From: a virus | Taxonomy: Duplodnaviria > Caudoviricetes | DNA: 61,910 nucleotides | IMG/VR virus record: IMGVR_UViG_3300000234_000005 | Coordinates: 1-61,910 of that record | Reading direction: 5' to 3' (one strand) | In this document: in pieces, positions 45,381-56,797 of the stretch | Position numbering within the stretch: position 1 is the stretch's first letter | Layout of the letters: every line of letters begins with the position of its first letter | Translations under genes and position numbers: made by a program | Notes under the pieces: model-generated | What the model was told of the DNA's origin: nothing | Databases searched by the model: none | The model's input: the letters and a program-made list of their open reading frames with translations, nothing else

Positions 45381-47294
45381 ATGAACAACCAAATTAGCGC
45401 TACAATTATCGCAGATTCCGTAAACAATAATAACAACAGAATTACTACTTTTGAAATCGAATTCCACAGATTTATATTACCAGAACTGCTTACTCACAGA
45501 CTATTCTCACGTAATACATCAAGCTCTCGTGCTATTCCTGTACTAACTCAAATTAAACAAGTATGGAGTAACCCTGCAACACCTATTTATTGGGGACGTA
45601 ATCAAGCAGGTATGCAAGCTAATTCCGAACTTACCGGTATTAGCAAATGGTTTGCTTGTACCTTATGGAATACCGCATCTAAATTCGCAGCTACTCTAGC
45701 CTATTTAACAGCAAAAGCTAAACTACATAAACAAATCACTAATCGCATTCTTGAACCTTTTGTATTAGTTAAAATGGTACTGACTGCAACAGAATTTGAT
45801 AATTTCTTTCACCTACGTTGTCACAAAGATGCACAACCAGAAATTAAAGAATTAGCAGACAAAATGTATTCAGCTATGCAAAACTCCACTCCAACTAAAT
45901 TACGAGCTAATGAATGGCACTTGCCTTATGTTAGTATAATGGATAATTTCTTATCTAATCAGCTAGAGTATTACACCAATAACTATGAACTTCAGCTTTC
46001 ACTAGAAGATGCTAAACTAATCAGTGCATCAGCTTGTGCTCAAGTTAGCTATCGTGCATTAGATATGACATTAGATAAAGCTAAACTTATTTATGACCGT
46101 CTTGTAGGAAATCAACCACTACATTGCTTTGACGAAAAAACTGAAGTATACACAGAAGAAGGATTTAAGTTATTTAAAGACCTACACGATACTGACAAAG
46201 TACTAAGTGTTGATAAGCATACTTTAAAACCAATAGGTTTTGAAATTCCTTCAGCTATACAAAAAGGGTTTCATACAGGCACAATGTTTTCAGTAGATAA
46301 TAATTCAATATCTATGAATATTACTGATAAGCATAACATTATTGCCTCTACTGTGCGTACAGCTAGTGATAGAAAAAACCCTGTATTTACAGACTTTTTA
46401 GCAGATACACCCGCAACGGAAAAATCTACTAAACAATTGCGTATTTTGCAAGAAGCTATATTGCCTACAGTATTATCATTAGATATTAATACTGACCCAG
46501 AAATTACCGCAAAAGGAAACTTAATAGGTATGTATATTGGAGATGGCTATAAAATTGATAACACTATTGGATTTCACTTTAAAAAGCAAAGAAAAATAGA
46601 TTATGTAGTACATAAGCTAATCACATTAAATTTGCCTTACAGTGTTTGTAAAAATGCTGATGAAACTACTACAATCAGAGTATTTAAATCCGACCTATGT
46701 ACTACTATATTAAATACTTGTGGAACTTCTACTCACAATAAAGCTATAGGCAAATGGCCTGTAGAAATGTACCCACACATTTTCGATGGTCTTAAAAACT
46801 CTGATGGAAGTGTAAAAAGAAATACTTGGGTGTACAGCACTATGAGCGAAACTTTATTTAAAGATTTCTTAAACTACTCAGTACTAGCAGGTATTAACGT
46901 AAACGCTAATAATCCTTATAAAGAGCTTTATAAACTACACGTTCGAACTAAAACAACCGTCAGAGTTAATGATTCTCGTACTCCGAATAGTGCTATTAAT
47001 GCCGTAAACGTAGTTAATATGCCTGTTTTTTGCTGTACAGTATCTGGTGGAGCCTTGGTAGTACGCAGAAATGGGTATACCCTAATTAGTGGGAACTCAT
47101 CCCCATTTGAACATCAAGCTACTCCTATGGAACAACCAACCCAAAATATCTACGAAGGAAAAGTACATATTGTAGACGGTATTACTCATATTGATACTAA
47201 CGCAAACGCTTGGTCAGGCAACCTAAAAGGCTGGATTCAACTTCGTCACTTAATTCCTAATAATACTTGTCACACATATATTCAAAATGATTAA
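45381..47294 (+). CDS. thyX: Flavin-dependent thymidylate synthase with intein (313 aa mature)
   Basis: ELLTHRLFSRNTSSSRAIP, NRILEPF, AQPEI, H|SSPFEHQA. Confidence 0.9.
   Translation: MNNQISATIIADSVNNNNNRITTFEIEFHRFILPELLTHRLFSRNTSSSRAIPVLTQIKQVWSNPATPIYWGRNQAGMQANSELTGISKWFACTLWNTASKFAATLAYLTAKAKLHKQITNRILEPFVLVKMVLTATEFDNFFHLRCHKDAQPEIKELADKMYSAMQNSTPTKLRANEWHLPYVSIMDNFLSNQLEYYTNNYELQLSLEDAKLISASACAQVSYRALDMTLDKAKLIYDRLVGNQPLHCFDEKTEVYTEEGFKLFKDLHDTDKVLSVDKHTLKPIGFEIPSAIQKGFHTGTMFSVDNNSISMNITDKHNIIASTVRTASDRKNPVFTDFLADTPATEKSTKQLRILQEAILPTVLSLDINTDPEITAKGNLIGMYIGDGYKIDNTIGFHFKKQRKIDYVVHKLITLNLPYSVCKNADETTTIRVFKSDLCTTILNTCGTSTHNKAIGKWPVEMYPHIFDGLKNSDGSVKRNTWVYSTMSETLFKDFLNYSVLAGINVNANNPYKELYKLHVRTKTTVRVNDSRTPNSAINAVNVVNMPVFCCTVSGGALVVRRNGYTLISGNSSPFEHQATPMEQPTQNIYEGKVHIVDGITHIDTNANAWSGNLKGWIQLRHLIPNNTCHTYIQND
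46125..47096 (+). mobile_element. LAGLIDADG intein in ThyX (324 aa)
   Basis: PLH|CFDEKTEV...ITDKH...IGMYIGDG...DGLKNSDG...VFCCTV...VRRNG...SGN|SSPF. Confidence 0.9.
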
Positions 47295-47448
47295 CTTTTT
47301 TGACCCTAAATTATTCAATTATTTAATCATGATTCTTTATGTTCTCAATGCTTTATCTTGGGCTTTATGTAAGCAGTATGGCGACATGTGGTATTGGCTC
47401 AGCGCATTATCAATCACAGCAGCAGTAACTTGGGGCTATTCCCGTTAA
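47287..47448 (+). CDS. Small membrane protein (53 aa)
   Basis: Two hydrophobic segments; overlaps the thyX stop. Confidence 0.5.
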   Translation: MINFFDPKLFNYLIMILYVLNALSWALCKQYGDMWYWLSALSITAAVTWGYSR

Positions 47449-47469
47449 CTTAACTAACAGAGGTCTATC

Positions 47470-47865
47470 ATGGCACGTTTTAATGCCTACACTCTTCTAA
47501 CTACTAACCCAGAACTAATGAGTCCCTCAGCGACCTTCTCCGTTAGTTCTATGGCCAATCTCCTATCAATGTACGAACCTGAAGTTCATTCTTCACAATT
47601 CTACGATAGAATTACTTACCGAATCCGCAAACTTAATCAACTATTAATGACTCGTAGTTTGCGATTAGTAACCCATACTACTAACCCACCAACTTATTCA
47701 GTAGTTCAACTAACTAATGAACATCCTTATTTGAAATCTCAAATTACTATGGCGCATAGATCCGTTATTAGAAATTCAACTGCTGTTAGCGGTATTGTTA
47801 ATTATACCATTAGCAAACCTCCGATTACAGAACTCGAATATAAGTTAATTAAGTACATGTACTGA
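47470..47865 (+). CDS. Hypothetical protein
   Basis: 131 aa, GAGGT RBS. Confidence 0.65.
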   Translation: MARFNAYTLLTTNPELMSPSATFSVSSMANLLSMYEPEVHSSQFYDRITYRIRKLNQLLMTRSLRLVTHTTNPPTYSVVQLTNEHPYLKSQITMAHRSVIRNSTAVSGIVNYTISKPPITELEYKLIKYMY

Positions 47866-47873
47866 GATTCATT

Positions 47874-48446
47874 ATGCAAACATCCCCTGATAAAAATGTT
47901 GAAGCTATTCGTACTATGCTCCTACAACGCTCTGAAATTGGTTTAGCCAAGTACGGAACTACTACTGCTGATGACACTACTACCACCTTAGAGCAATGGC
48001 TACAGCACTTATTAGAAGAAACTCTTGACAGCGCTGTGTATATTGTAACTGCAATAAACAAACTTAATGCTGCTAAAAATATTCAAACATCTGCCAAGGA
48101 ACTAGCTGTCCACGAATTTGATTATTCTACACTTTCCGAAGCAGATCCTCCACAAATGTATGCAGCCTTATTCCAAAGTTCTTCTGAAGAAATTAATTCC
48201 TCTATTAATCCGTGGTACTCTAGGCAACCAGTAACATTAGTAATTAATAGCAATAAAGCTATTAATACAGCCCCTATTACTTTTCTTCCTGTCACTAGTG
48301 CAATAACAATTACCCATTGTGCTCTTTTTAATTCTGCGACAAGTGGTGAGATTATTGAACTTACAGAATTAGTTACGCCAAAAACTTATCAAGTAAAGGA
48401 TATTCCATCATTTCCGATTGGTTCAATAGCAATTTACTCTGATTAG
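47874..48446 (+). CDS. Fusion of an all-helical MazG-like phage domain to a paralog of the virion protein at 10645..11064
   Basis: N-terminal RS..G..KYGTT...WLQH..EE.LD.A.Y; C-terminal ITHC..F..AT.G...PKTY.V.DI.SFPIGSI shared with the late gene. Confidence 0.7.
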   Translation: MQTSPDKNVEAIRTMLLQRSEIGLAKYGTTTADDTTTTLEQWLQHLLEETLDSAVYIVTAINKLNAAKNIQTSAKELAVHEFDYSTLSEADPPQMYAALFQSSSEEINSSINPWYSRQPVTLVINSNKAINTAPITFLPVTSAITITHCALFNSATSGEIIELTELVTPKTYQVKDIPSFPIGSIAIYSD

Positions 48447-48486
48447 TGTATTTCCTAATTAACATATTTTAACCGAGCATAAACAG

Positions 48487-50832
48487 ATGATTCTCGAACA
48501 AACAAACACTACTACAAATAACACAAATTTAGCTTCTACAACATTCTCTATTAATGAAAGTCCTATTTTTTTCCAAGTACTTTCTCAAAGCTTGTATCAA
48601 TATAAAGAACGCGCAGTATTACGAGAATTGGCAGCTAATGCGTGGGATTCCCATGTAGTAGCTTCATGTACTGATACCCCAATCAGAGTTCAACTACCAA
48701 CCGCATTAGAACCAGAATTAGTTATTACTGACTGTGGTATTGGTATGAGTAAGGAAGATTTAGAAACTTATTACTTCTCTTACTTTAGTTCTTCTAAACG
48801 TCACAGTAATGACCTGATCGGAGCTTTTGGATTAGGATGCAAAACACCATTCATCTTCTCCGAAACCTACACAGTTACAACAACTAAAGATGGTATTACT
48901 ACCGTAGCATTAGCTTTGTTAGATACTGGCATTCCAAAAGCCATGTACCTATCCAGTACTCAAACTAATGAGCCTAACGGTACATCTATCACTATTCCTG
49001 TATCTGATGCAAGCGTACAAGCTAATCTTCAAAAAGAAGCTATTACACTATTTAATGCTTGGCCAACCAAACCAATTATTACTAAAGGTAGTTCACATTC
49101 TTTTACTATTCCGATCATAACACCCAATTTGATTAACGATTTTGTTAAAATCACTCTTGAAGGATATTCTTATTTAGAACAATTTAAAATCCGTACAATA
49201 TCAATTGGACTATTTGAATATGAAATATCCCCTGCTATTTACCACGCATTAGAAAGTAAATACCATTATGAATTAGCAAGTATTAATAGCAAATTTAAAG
49301 GTATTTATGGATCTAGCTTAGCGTATTTAACATTTATTTCAGCTCCCGGCGAGCTTGTATTATCGCCATCTAGGGAAGTAATTGAAAATACTCCTAAAAA
49401 TATTGATATTCTATTTAATTATATATCAAGAACAGTTGAAACAATAACTAAAGAAATTGATGATAATATTGAAAATTACTACGATGACATTTATGAATTT
49501 TATAGTAATATGCCTACCACATATACAGAATATGCTAAAGCTAAAAAAATCTTTTATACTAAATATCCAGAAAGTCTATCCAGTACGCTAAATTCATACT
49601 TTAGAAATGTTACTTCACCAATAACCCATAATATCAATGTAAAATTCAAATTAGCACAATTTATTGTATTTTTTCCAGACGACGCAAATTTTATTTCAAA
49701 CTATGTAAAAAATATTCCTGCCTATGGTTTAAATCATAATAAAAATAGAGTATATACATCCATACGATATAATGGCTATTTAAATATACCGGCAGCTTCC
49801 TTACTAGGGACTTTTGAAGAACTTGATAACTTATATATAGTAAACGCAACTGCCACTAAAATAGCCCGCTGGATTAACTATAACACATCGACGTTATATA
49901 CTTTGCCAGATAATACTGTAATAGATTTGACTAGCGTTATATTTATAAAGGATGCCGATGCTTTTGCGGCTGTTTGCAAATTACTGGAAGGATACCATAC
50001 AGTATTAGATGAAAATTTATTTACTGTACCAAAAGCTGATAAGACAACCAATTCTACCAAAACAATCGCAGATTTAACTGTTGTATTCGAAGAACTCTAT
50101 AACTCATCAGATACTGTATATTCTACTAAGAATATATCAGCTAAAGAATTTTACTCAACAAATATTCCTGATGATACATATACCATTATTATTAATGGCG
50201 AGGATATACAAGACAGCTGGGTAGAATTTGTTTCAAAAACCTTAATTGGTAATAAAGTAATTGTGTTTAAAAAATTACATCAGCCAGAACTTAAATCAAA
50301 GCGATTTGAGAAATATTCTGCTAGCAAATCAACTAAGCATATGGTTACTTCACATCACTTTAATCCAAATCATTTAACTGATGAATATACTAAAGCAATA
50401 ACCGAGGCATACCAATCTCATATTAGCTTACTTGAAAAAGTCTATAAAATTTCAAATTTGGTAAATTTATGCTATAACTACAAACATTCTACTGGTTCAA
50501 GTATTAATGTTAAGTCTTTACTAGCTGATCCTTCTATTCGATTAGCTAATAAACTAATCAGCAAAACTGAACGCGCAACATTGATAAATTTGCTTAAAAG
50601 ACATCATATTGTTATTAGTAATCTTCTTATTGATCAGTTATTTAGCACATACTCATACCAATTTGAAAGTCTTTTCCCTGGAATAGTTTATCTTAAACCA
50701 AAATGGAACGCACATATCAACAACTCTATTATTAATATGTGGAAACACTCTAATAATAATCAACGCTTATGGCTATTGCAAAATTCAACTATTCTCGCTA
50801 CTATGCAAACTATCCTTTCTCAATCATCCTAA
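48487..50832 (+). CDS. rIIA: rIIA-like protein (GHKL ATPase N-terminus)
   Basis: LY.YKERAVLREL..NAWDSH, D.GIGMS, SSKR.SN..IGAFGLGCK, NGT.I.IPV. Confidence 0.88.
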   Translation: MILEQTNTTTNNTNLASTTFSINESPIFFQVLSQSLYQYKERAVLRELAANAWDSHVVASCTDTPIRVQLPTALEPELVITDCGIGMSKEDLETYYFSYFSSSKRHSNDLIGAFGLGCKTPFIFSETYTVTTTKDGITTVALALLDTGIPKAMYLSSTQTNEPNGTSITIPVSDASVQANLQKEAITLFNAWPTKPIITKGSSHSFTIPIITPNLINDFVKITLEGYSYLEQFKIRTISIGLFEYEISPAIYHALESKYHYELASINSKFKGIYGSSLAYLTFISAPGELVLSPSREVIENTPKNIDILFNYISRTVETITKEIDDNIENYYDDIYEFYSNMPTTYTEYAKAKKIFYTKYPESLSSTLNSYFRNVTSPITHNINVKFKLAQFIVFFPDDANFISNYVKNIPAYGLNHNKNRVYTSIRYNGYLNIPAASLLGTFEELDNLYIVNATATKIARWINYNTSTLYTLPDNTVIDLTSVIFIKDADAFAAVCKLLEGYHTVLDENLFTVPKADKTTNSTKTIADLTVVFEELYNSSDTVYSTKNISAKEFYSTNIPDDTYTIIINGEDIQDSWVEFVSKTLIGNKVIVFKKLHQPELKSKRFEKYSASKSTKHMVTSHHFNPNHLTDEYTKAITEAYQSHISLLEKVYKISNLVNLCYNYKHSTGSSINVKSLLADPSIRLANKLISKTERATLINLLKRHHIVISNLLIDQLFSTYSYQFESLFPGIVYLKPKWNAHINNSIINMWKHSNNNQRLWLLQNSTILATMQTILSQSS

Positions 50833-50843
50833 GAGGACTTCCC

Positions 50844-51794
50844 ATGACCTATGTTCCCCATATTATCACTCCTAAAGCTATCACCGTAATTATTGATGGA
50901 ACCCCTAATTCTATCACTTCTGATCATGCCAATTTTCAACAAGTTGGTGACATGCTTACAACTGGTGACTTTAACACGCTACGTATTATTGAACTAATGA
51001 AACCCATCGTTGAATTCAATCAAGCTATTACAAATTCTAGCTTCTACCGAGATCCAGATGGATTTATCTATCTAACTGTCGCAGGTTATCCTTTCCGACT
51101 ACCTGAACAACTCGAAGCTGAAGTCTTACGAGTCAACAAAGCAGCAGGCAATCTTCAACCATTAGCTAATTTTGTTACTAAACTAGCAGCTAACCCTTAC
51201 AAAGATGTTCATGAACAACTATTCGGTTTTTTGCAAGTTTGTGGACTAGCGCTTACCGTTGATGGTGATTTCCTTGCTTATAAAAATGTAAACGAGAACT
51301 TTACAGATATTTATACCGGCACAATCGACAACTCTCCCGGACAAACTCCTGAAATGCCTCGTCACGCAGTTGAAAAAAATCCCGACAGGACTTGTTCTGC
51401 AGGACTTCATTTTGCAGCATGGGGCTATCTAAAGAATTATCACTACGGTAAAAAAACCGTCGTCCTCAAAATTAACCCTGCTGATGTCGTATCAATTCCA
51501 ACTGACTACAACAACATGAAAGGCCGTGCTTGTAAATACTACGTCCTAAAAGAAGTAGAACAACCAGAAGAATTGAAAAATATCACTGTATTTAACTCTT
51601 CTGAATTTCCTCAAGAATACATCATTGACGAAGATGATTATGACGAAGAGGATTACGACTATGAAGATGACTACGATGATTATTACGACTTTAGAGACGA
51701 CGAATATGAAGATGACTTCGACGAAAAAGAACTTCTTCTTCGAGAAGCTTTGGATCTAGTAGCTGATTATTTCGCAAACAGCAATAATAAATAA
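50844..51794 (+). CDS. rIIB: rIIB-like protein
   Basis: Start re-assigned (GAGG RBS); DG.FLAYK.V, DNSPG...EMPR, TCSAGLH, INPADVVSIP.DY...KGR.CKY. Confidence 0.9.
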   Translation: MTYVPHIITPKAITVIIDGTPNSITSDHANFQQVGDMLTTGDFNTLRIIELMKPIVEFNQAITNSSFYRDPDGFIYLTVAGYPFRLPEQLEAEVLRVNKAAGNLQPLANFVTKLAANPYKDVHEQLFGFLQVCGLALTVDGDFLAYKNVNENFTDIYTGTIDNSPGQTPEMPRHAVEKNPDRTCSAGLHFAAWGYLKNYHYGKKTVVLKINPADVVSIPTDYNNMKGRACKYYVLKEVEQPEELKNITVFNSSEFPQEYIIDEDDYDEEDYDYEDDYDDYYDFRDDEYEDDFDEKELLLREALDLVADYFANSNNK

Positions 51795-51869
51795 TACGCC
51801 ATTATCAATATTCAATAGCCATACTTCAATTTATTGTTTTAATGGCTACAACAACTTAAGGAATATATA

Positions 51870-54800
51870 ATGGCAACAATGCTAGAATTAACCAAAGCTA
51901 AACTTGACCAACATCAAGCTTTAGCACCAAAACTAAATGCTATTACTGCCAGTGTAGTAGAAGCTATTCCTTATCCAACCGTTAATTATCGCATGAAAGC
52001 TACTATTGCTATCTCTCACATCATGCAATTTGCATCACAATTTCGTCGCAATATTGTATTATGGGATGATACTTCAGTACCAATCAATTCAATTGGCGTA
52101 ATTCTCTGCGATAGTGGAGCGGGTTAATTTTAGCCCCCTTAAGCAGTGATGCTTATTGAATAATTCTCTTAATTGCTGGAAACCCCTTAGAGCCTTTCTA
52201 TAGCCTTATGGTGATAAACAAGGAAAGGATTGGGCAATCAGCAGCGAAAACTCGAAAAAATTAATAGAACTTTAAGTAGTCGTATGCTATAATGTGTACA
52301 TAAATACTTAAAGGAGACTATTATGTCAAGAATAAACAATACAATTAAAACTGAAGGGAATACTACTACTATCCTTATTACAAAGAATGATGATGTAACC
52401 TATTTAAGAGAAGTAATAATTGATACGGAAGAATTACCAAAACTAAAAGGAAAGATGTACATATCAGTTTATGGCAAAACTCATGAATATCCGGTAATTC
52501 AGAAAATCAACATTGCACATATTATAATGCAACACGTATCTAATAAAGAGTACGTAGTTGATCATATAAATGGAAATACCTTAGATAACAGAAAAGAGAA
52601 TCTAAGGGTACTGTCTCAAGCAGATAATGCCAACAATAGGACATCAAATAGTAGATGCAACACAAGCATAGCAGGAATCGCCAGACGTTCTAACGGTAAC
52701 TATGAATACTTTAGAGCTACTGTAAGTGATAGGATCACTCCCGTAGACTCAAAGGCCAAAAGCCAAACTAAAAGGTATTCAAAGCAGTTTAATATAAACA
52801 AACTTGGAGAAGAAGAAGCTCTTAGACAGGCCAAAGAATGGCTTGAAGAAAAAAGAAAAGAGTTCAATTACGTTCCAAGGTCTTGATACGTTTGACGTTC
52901 AACGACTATCCCTAACGGGAGTAGACTCAAGTGAGTCGAAATAGAGAAATTCTTATCTTTTCTAGGATTACAAGTCGATATTCTTGTTGTAAAAACGTCA
53001 AAGACGAAAACTTGCAACAATGGTTAACTGATAAGAATAAGATATAGTCTGGTCTTACATGAAAGTGTAAGCAGTATTAATTTACGGGGAGAGCCTAACA
53101 AACTCTCCTGAACACAAACGAAGGATTCTTCCCACAGAGCCGCTAAGCGTTGTTTCTCTTCAGGCTACGATATTCTCCATAAGGAAATGGAATCGCGTGC
53201 TCGTAAATTAGCTATTGAGCGTGCAGCAGCAGCAGATGAAGAACTTCCTGACGAATATGAAATCTATCGCAAGTACCTAGATCCAATCCCACCAGTAGAA
53301 ACCTCTGTAACTACCGGTCCAGGCTTAATCAAGCTACTAAACGATACTGATGCACACTCTCTTGGAGCTAACTCCCTCTACTCTGGTGAATTTGGTGACG
53401 AGCTATCCTATAACCAAGATATGGTTGAGAACATTAAAATTCTTTCTGAACTATATGATCTCGGTTTTAAAGAAGCCACCTACACAAAAAATATTGAGTT
53501 CCGTAGCAAAGCTATCAACGGTCAAGCTGTCAGCGCACTATTAATCGGTTCACCAACTTACATCCTCTATGATGAGCAAACTAAGCGCAAATTTCAAATT
53601 GCCTTCATGTCCAAACTCGCTCGTAGATCATGGTTTTGTTACGCACCAGAGCGCATCCCAGACACTGATTTCACTACCTCTAATGATCCTATCACTGCTA
53701 TGATTGCAGAGCGTGAATCCATCGAGACTCGCTCCAAACAAGCTCGTGTAATGATTGATGACCAAATCAAATCTGTCACTAAATTTAATTTATCACACAC
53801 AAGCGAAATCTCAGTAACTGATGAAGTATTTTCCCTATTTGAAATATACAAGCGCTATAACTCCGAATTAGCTGATTCAATTCCTAACAAAGAATCTACT
53901 TCAGCCCTAATCCGTAGACACTTGCAATGGAAAGCTCTCAAATTAGCTGGCGCATTTGCTATCATGGATTGTTCTAATTCCATCAAAACATCCCACTATA
54001 TTGAAGCAATTCAATTTAGCGAGTTGCTCAGCAATGATATGGAAAATTTCGAGCAAAGCCTAAACAAATCTTACTACGAACGATTCTCAGATTATGCCAA
54101 AACTCTTGTAACTACAGATGGTACTGCAACCATCAGCGCACACGACATTAAACGTCATGGTTTTCTGTCTACTGTCTCTAAAACCAAGCTTTTCGAAATG
54201 ATTAGTTTATGCGCTGGCTATGATAAAGAAGGTATTTATTCAATTATCGAACAAGGTAACGCAGTGGAGTACAAACCCATCGTCAAAACCGATATTTTAC
54301 AAGTATCGTTTAAGCCGATAGATAATACTACCTTAAACAAAGCTATTGCTTATGGCGACCCTAAGCTAATTACCGAAGCTAAGACCTTCATCGCATCTAC
54401 TGCAGTACACAACTTTGAAACTGCTGAAGTTACCTTTGCAGACTTATCTCAATTACTATCGGACGACTACGCTTATTCTCCCTTTAAATTCCTGAACGGA
54501 ACTCGTGATCGTAACGGAATTATCGGCGGAACTAAGTGGATTACCTACGATATTGATAATTCTCTAATCAGCGCATCCGAAGCCCATTTCATGTTATCTG
54601 ATGTTAATCATCATATCGCATTATCAAGTGACCCCGATAACGAATTTAAGTTTCGTGTACTAATTGAACTTGATTCCGTAGTCACATTAGATGCAATAAC
54701 TTGGAAGCAATTCTTTCTATTAATTGCCAATGATTTAGCTTTAGTAGTAGATCCACTACCACAATCACAAATCTTCTTTTCCTACGCTAATCGCACCATA

Positions 54801-55139
54801 TACTCAAATACCGATGCAGAGCCTCTTACAGTTCGTGATTACGTTATGAAAGCTACTGCTATCGTATCTAACAAAGAATCCTTTACAAAGCCTACTACGG
54901 CCCAATCAAAGACTTTATTAGCTGATCCGGTAACTACTTTTTCTTATGCTTATCAATCTGAAAATGGTGCTGGTTCTCGAAATATGATTCGTGCAGCTTA
55001 CCACGCTCGTGATCTTGGTACTTCCCTAGATGAAACTATTGAACTTATGTACGACATAAACCAATATTGGGAGAATCCCTTAAATAAAGACAGGTTTGAG
55101 AAAACTATTATTGCACAAGTAAACCGGATGTTTAACTAA
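51870..55139 (+). CDS. N4 Dns/gp43-like primase-ATPase; two exons (51870-52124, 53121-55139), 757 aa
   Basis: Splicing restores Walker A DSGAG|KDS; C-terminal DID primase motif, KFRVL and PriCT-like GSRNMIRAA. Confidence 0.8.
52125..53120 (+). mobile_element. Group I intron in the primase Walker A motif (996 nt) with HNH ORF
   Basis: Exon ends in U and intron ends in G; P AATTGCTGGAAA, Q AATCAGCAGC, R TCAACGACTA, S AAGATATAGTCT. Confidence 0.9.
52323..52886 (+). CDS. Intron-encoded HNH homing endonuclease (AP2-like C-terminus)
   Basis: VVDHINGNTLDNRKENLR...N..N; KQF...KLGEEEA...A; own TGCTATAAT and AAGGAG signals. Confidence 0.9.
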   Translation: MSRINNTIKTEGNTTTILITKNDDVTYLREVIIDTEELPKLKGKMYISVYGKTHEYPVIQKINIAHIIMQHVSNKEYVVDHINGNTLDNRKENLRVLSQADNANNRTSNSRCNTSIAGIARRSNGNYEYFRATVSDRITPVDSKAKSQTKRYSKQFNINKLGEEEALRQAKEWLEEKRKEFNYVPRS

Positions 55140-55930
55140 TGAATTTATCTACCAACACCATTCATTACCGCACAATCAACCCGGACGGTACTGCTTTTGT
55201 AGTAGGAGATATACATGGATGCTATGATGAATTATTTTTAGCTTTAAAAGCCATCGGTTTCGATTTTACTACTGATACACTATTTAGTTTAGGGGACATA
55301 GTAGATCGAGGCACAAATGACCTTAAATCTATGTCTTTACAACTAGAGCCTTGGTTTAAGCAAGTGTTGGGCAATCACGAAGCTTTACACCTAGAAGATT
55401 ATCGTATTCATCCTTCTAATGGTACTCTTTGGTCTTATTCTGTTGAGCAAAATTCACCAGAACTATATCAACAATTTCTTACTCGTTGTAGTCAATTGCC
55501 AAATGTAATTATTATAGATAATAAGTATGCACTTATCCATGCTGCACTGCCCATGATCTCATACTCAGGATTAGATGAAATAACAGATATTAAGCAAATT
55601 CTTCATGAATATGAGTTTACTACTAACTTATATCGACCAGACCCTACTTTATGGGATATTTCCATATTTCATTCTTCATACATACCACCATTACCTGGAA
55701 TTGATCAAGTATTTCATGGGCATTATATACAACCTAATATTACCGTAAAAGGCAAATCTGTTTATTTAGATACTGGTTTTATGTCTCCTGAATATTCTAA
55801 TTCAGATATAAACAGTATCTCATTTGCTATTTTAAACAAGGGCAGAAAACCAATTTATTTAACTGTAGTTATAGATTTTGCTATTCAAAGGGTAATAGAC
55901 ATACATGAAGATATAATTTATATTAATTAA
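55139..55930 (+). CDS. Metallophosphoesterase (lambda NinI/PrpA-like Ser/Thr phosphatase)
   Basis: GDIHG, GDIVDRG, GNHE, HGH, DTG. Confidence 0.88.
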   Translation: MNLSTNTIHYRTINPDGTAFVVGDIHGCYDELFLALKAIGFDFTTDTLFSLGDIVDRGTNDLKSMSLQLEPWFKQVLGNHEALHLEDYRIHPSNGTLWSYSVEQNSPELYQQFLTRCSQLPNVIIIDNKYALIHAALPMISYSGLDEITDIKQILHEYEFTTNLYRPDPTLWDISIFHSSYIPPLPGIDQVFHGHYIQPNITVKGKSVYLDTGFMSPEYSNSDINSISFAILNKGRKPIYLTVVIDFAIQRVIDIHEDIIYIN

Positions 55931-55989
55931 CTAATTTATGTACAAATAATAACAATTAGCCCGACTAACTGTGAATAAAGGAAACAACT

Positions 55990-56793
55990 ATGATAGATTC
56001 ATATTATGATGGATCAGATTTATTATCTGCAGACAATGGCTCTACAGATTATTTTCGCATTTCGCCTTCATCTATATCAAATTTTTTCTCTTATCCTCGT
56101 TCTTGGTGGGGAGAAAATTTCTTACAGGAACAAGGATTTCAAGGATCAACTTCAACGACTTTGGGTACAATCGTCCATTATTTTGCAGAATTAGCAGCTA
56201 ATAATGTACAATCTTCTAATCCCGAACAAGAAGTAGAGAACTATTTAAGCACTATTCACCATGAATGTGATAAGGACGAAATTAGGGCTTACTGGGCAGA
56301 AATGTCTAATACTCTTATTAATGGATGTGTAACCCATACTAAATACCATTCTACAGAACAGTTTATTTTTCATAAACTACTTTCAGGAATTTACGTAGGA
56401 GGTACATATGACGCTTTAGTATATAATGAGTTGGGAGAATTAGTCTTAAGAGACTACAAAACAGCAAGTACTAAACCTTCTGCATTCCCCCATAATTATC
56501 GTATGCAATTACATACTTACGCATATATATTACGAAGTAAAGGTATAGATGTAAAATATGTTGAATTATGCTATGTAACTCGCGCTACAAAAACATTACC
56601 CCCTAGATATTTTAACTTTACAGAATTTATTACTGGCGATGATATGCTAAAAATTGAAGGTCAATTATCTGTTATCAGTAACTCCGTTCAACTATGGAAC
56701 AACCAACCTGAACTTCGTTGGGCACTAGCACAAGATTGGCGACTAAAATCTCAATTCTCACCTCAACCTAAACTATTCAAACTTAAGGATTAA
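55990..56793 (+). CDS. PD-(D/E)XK nuclease
   Basis: ISPSS, GTIVH, E...GGTYD...DYKT...Q...Y. Confidence 0.82.
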   Translation: MIDSYYDGSDLLSADNGSTDYFRISPSSISNFFSYPRSWWGENFLQEQGFQGSTSTTLGTIVHYFAELAANNVQSSNPEQEVENYLSTIHHECDKDEIRAYWAEMSNTLINGCVTHTKYHSTEQFIFHKLLSGIYVGGTYDALVYNELGELVLRDYKTASTKPSAFPHNYRMQLHTYAYILRSKGIDVKYVELCYVTRATKTLPPRYFNFTEFITGDDMLKIEGQLSVISNSVQLWNNQPELRWALAQDWRLKSQFSPQPKLFKLKD

Positions 56794-56797
56794 CCTA

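Noticed and set aside
55990-56793. Cas4 call
   Set aside because: PD-(D/E)XK motifs are present, but the Cys cluster for the Fe-S centre and any CRISPR context are missing; it lies in the replication module.
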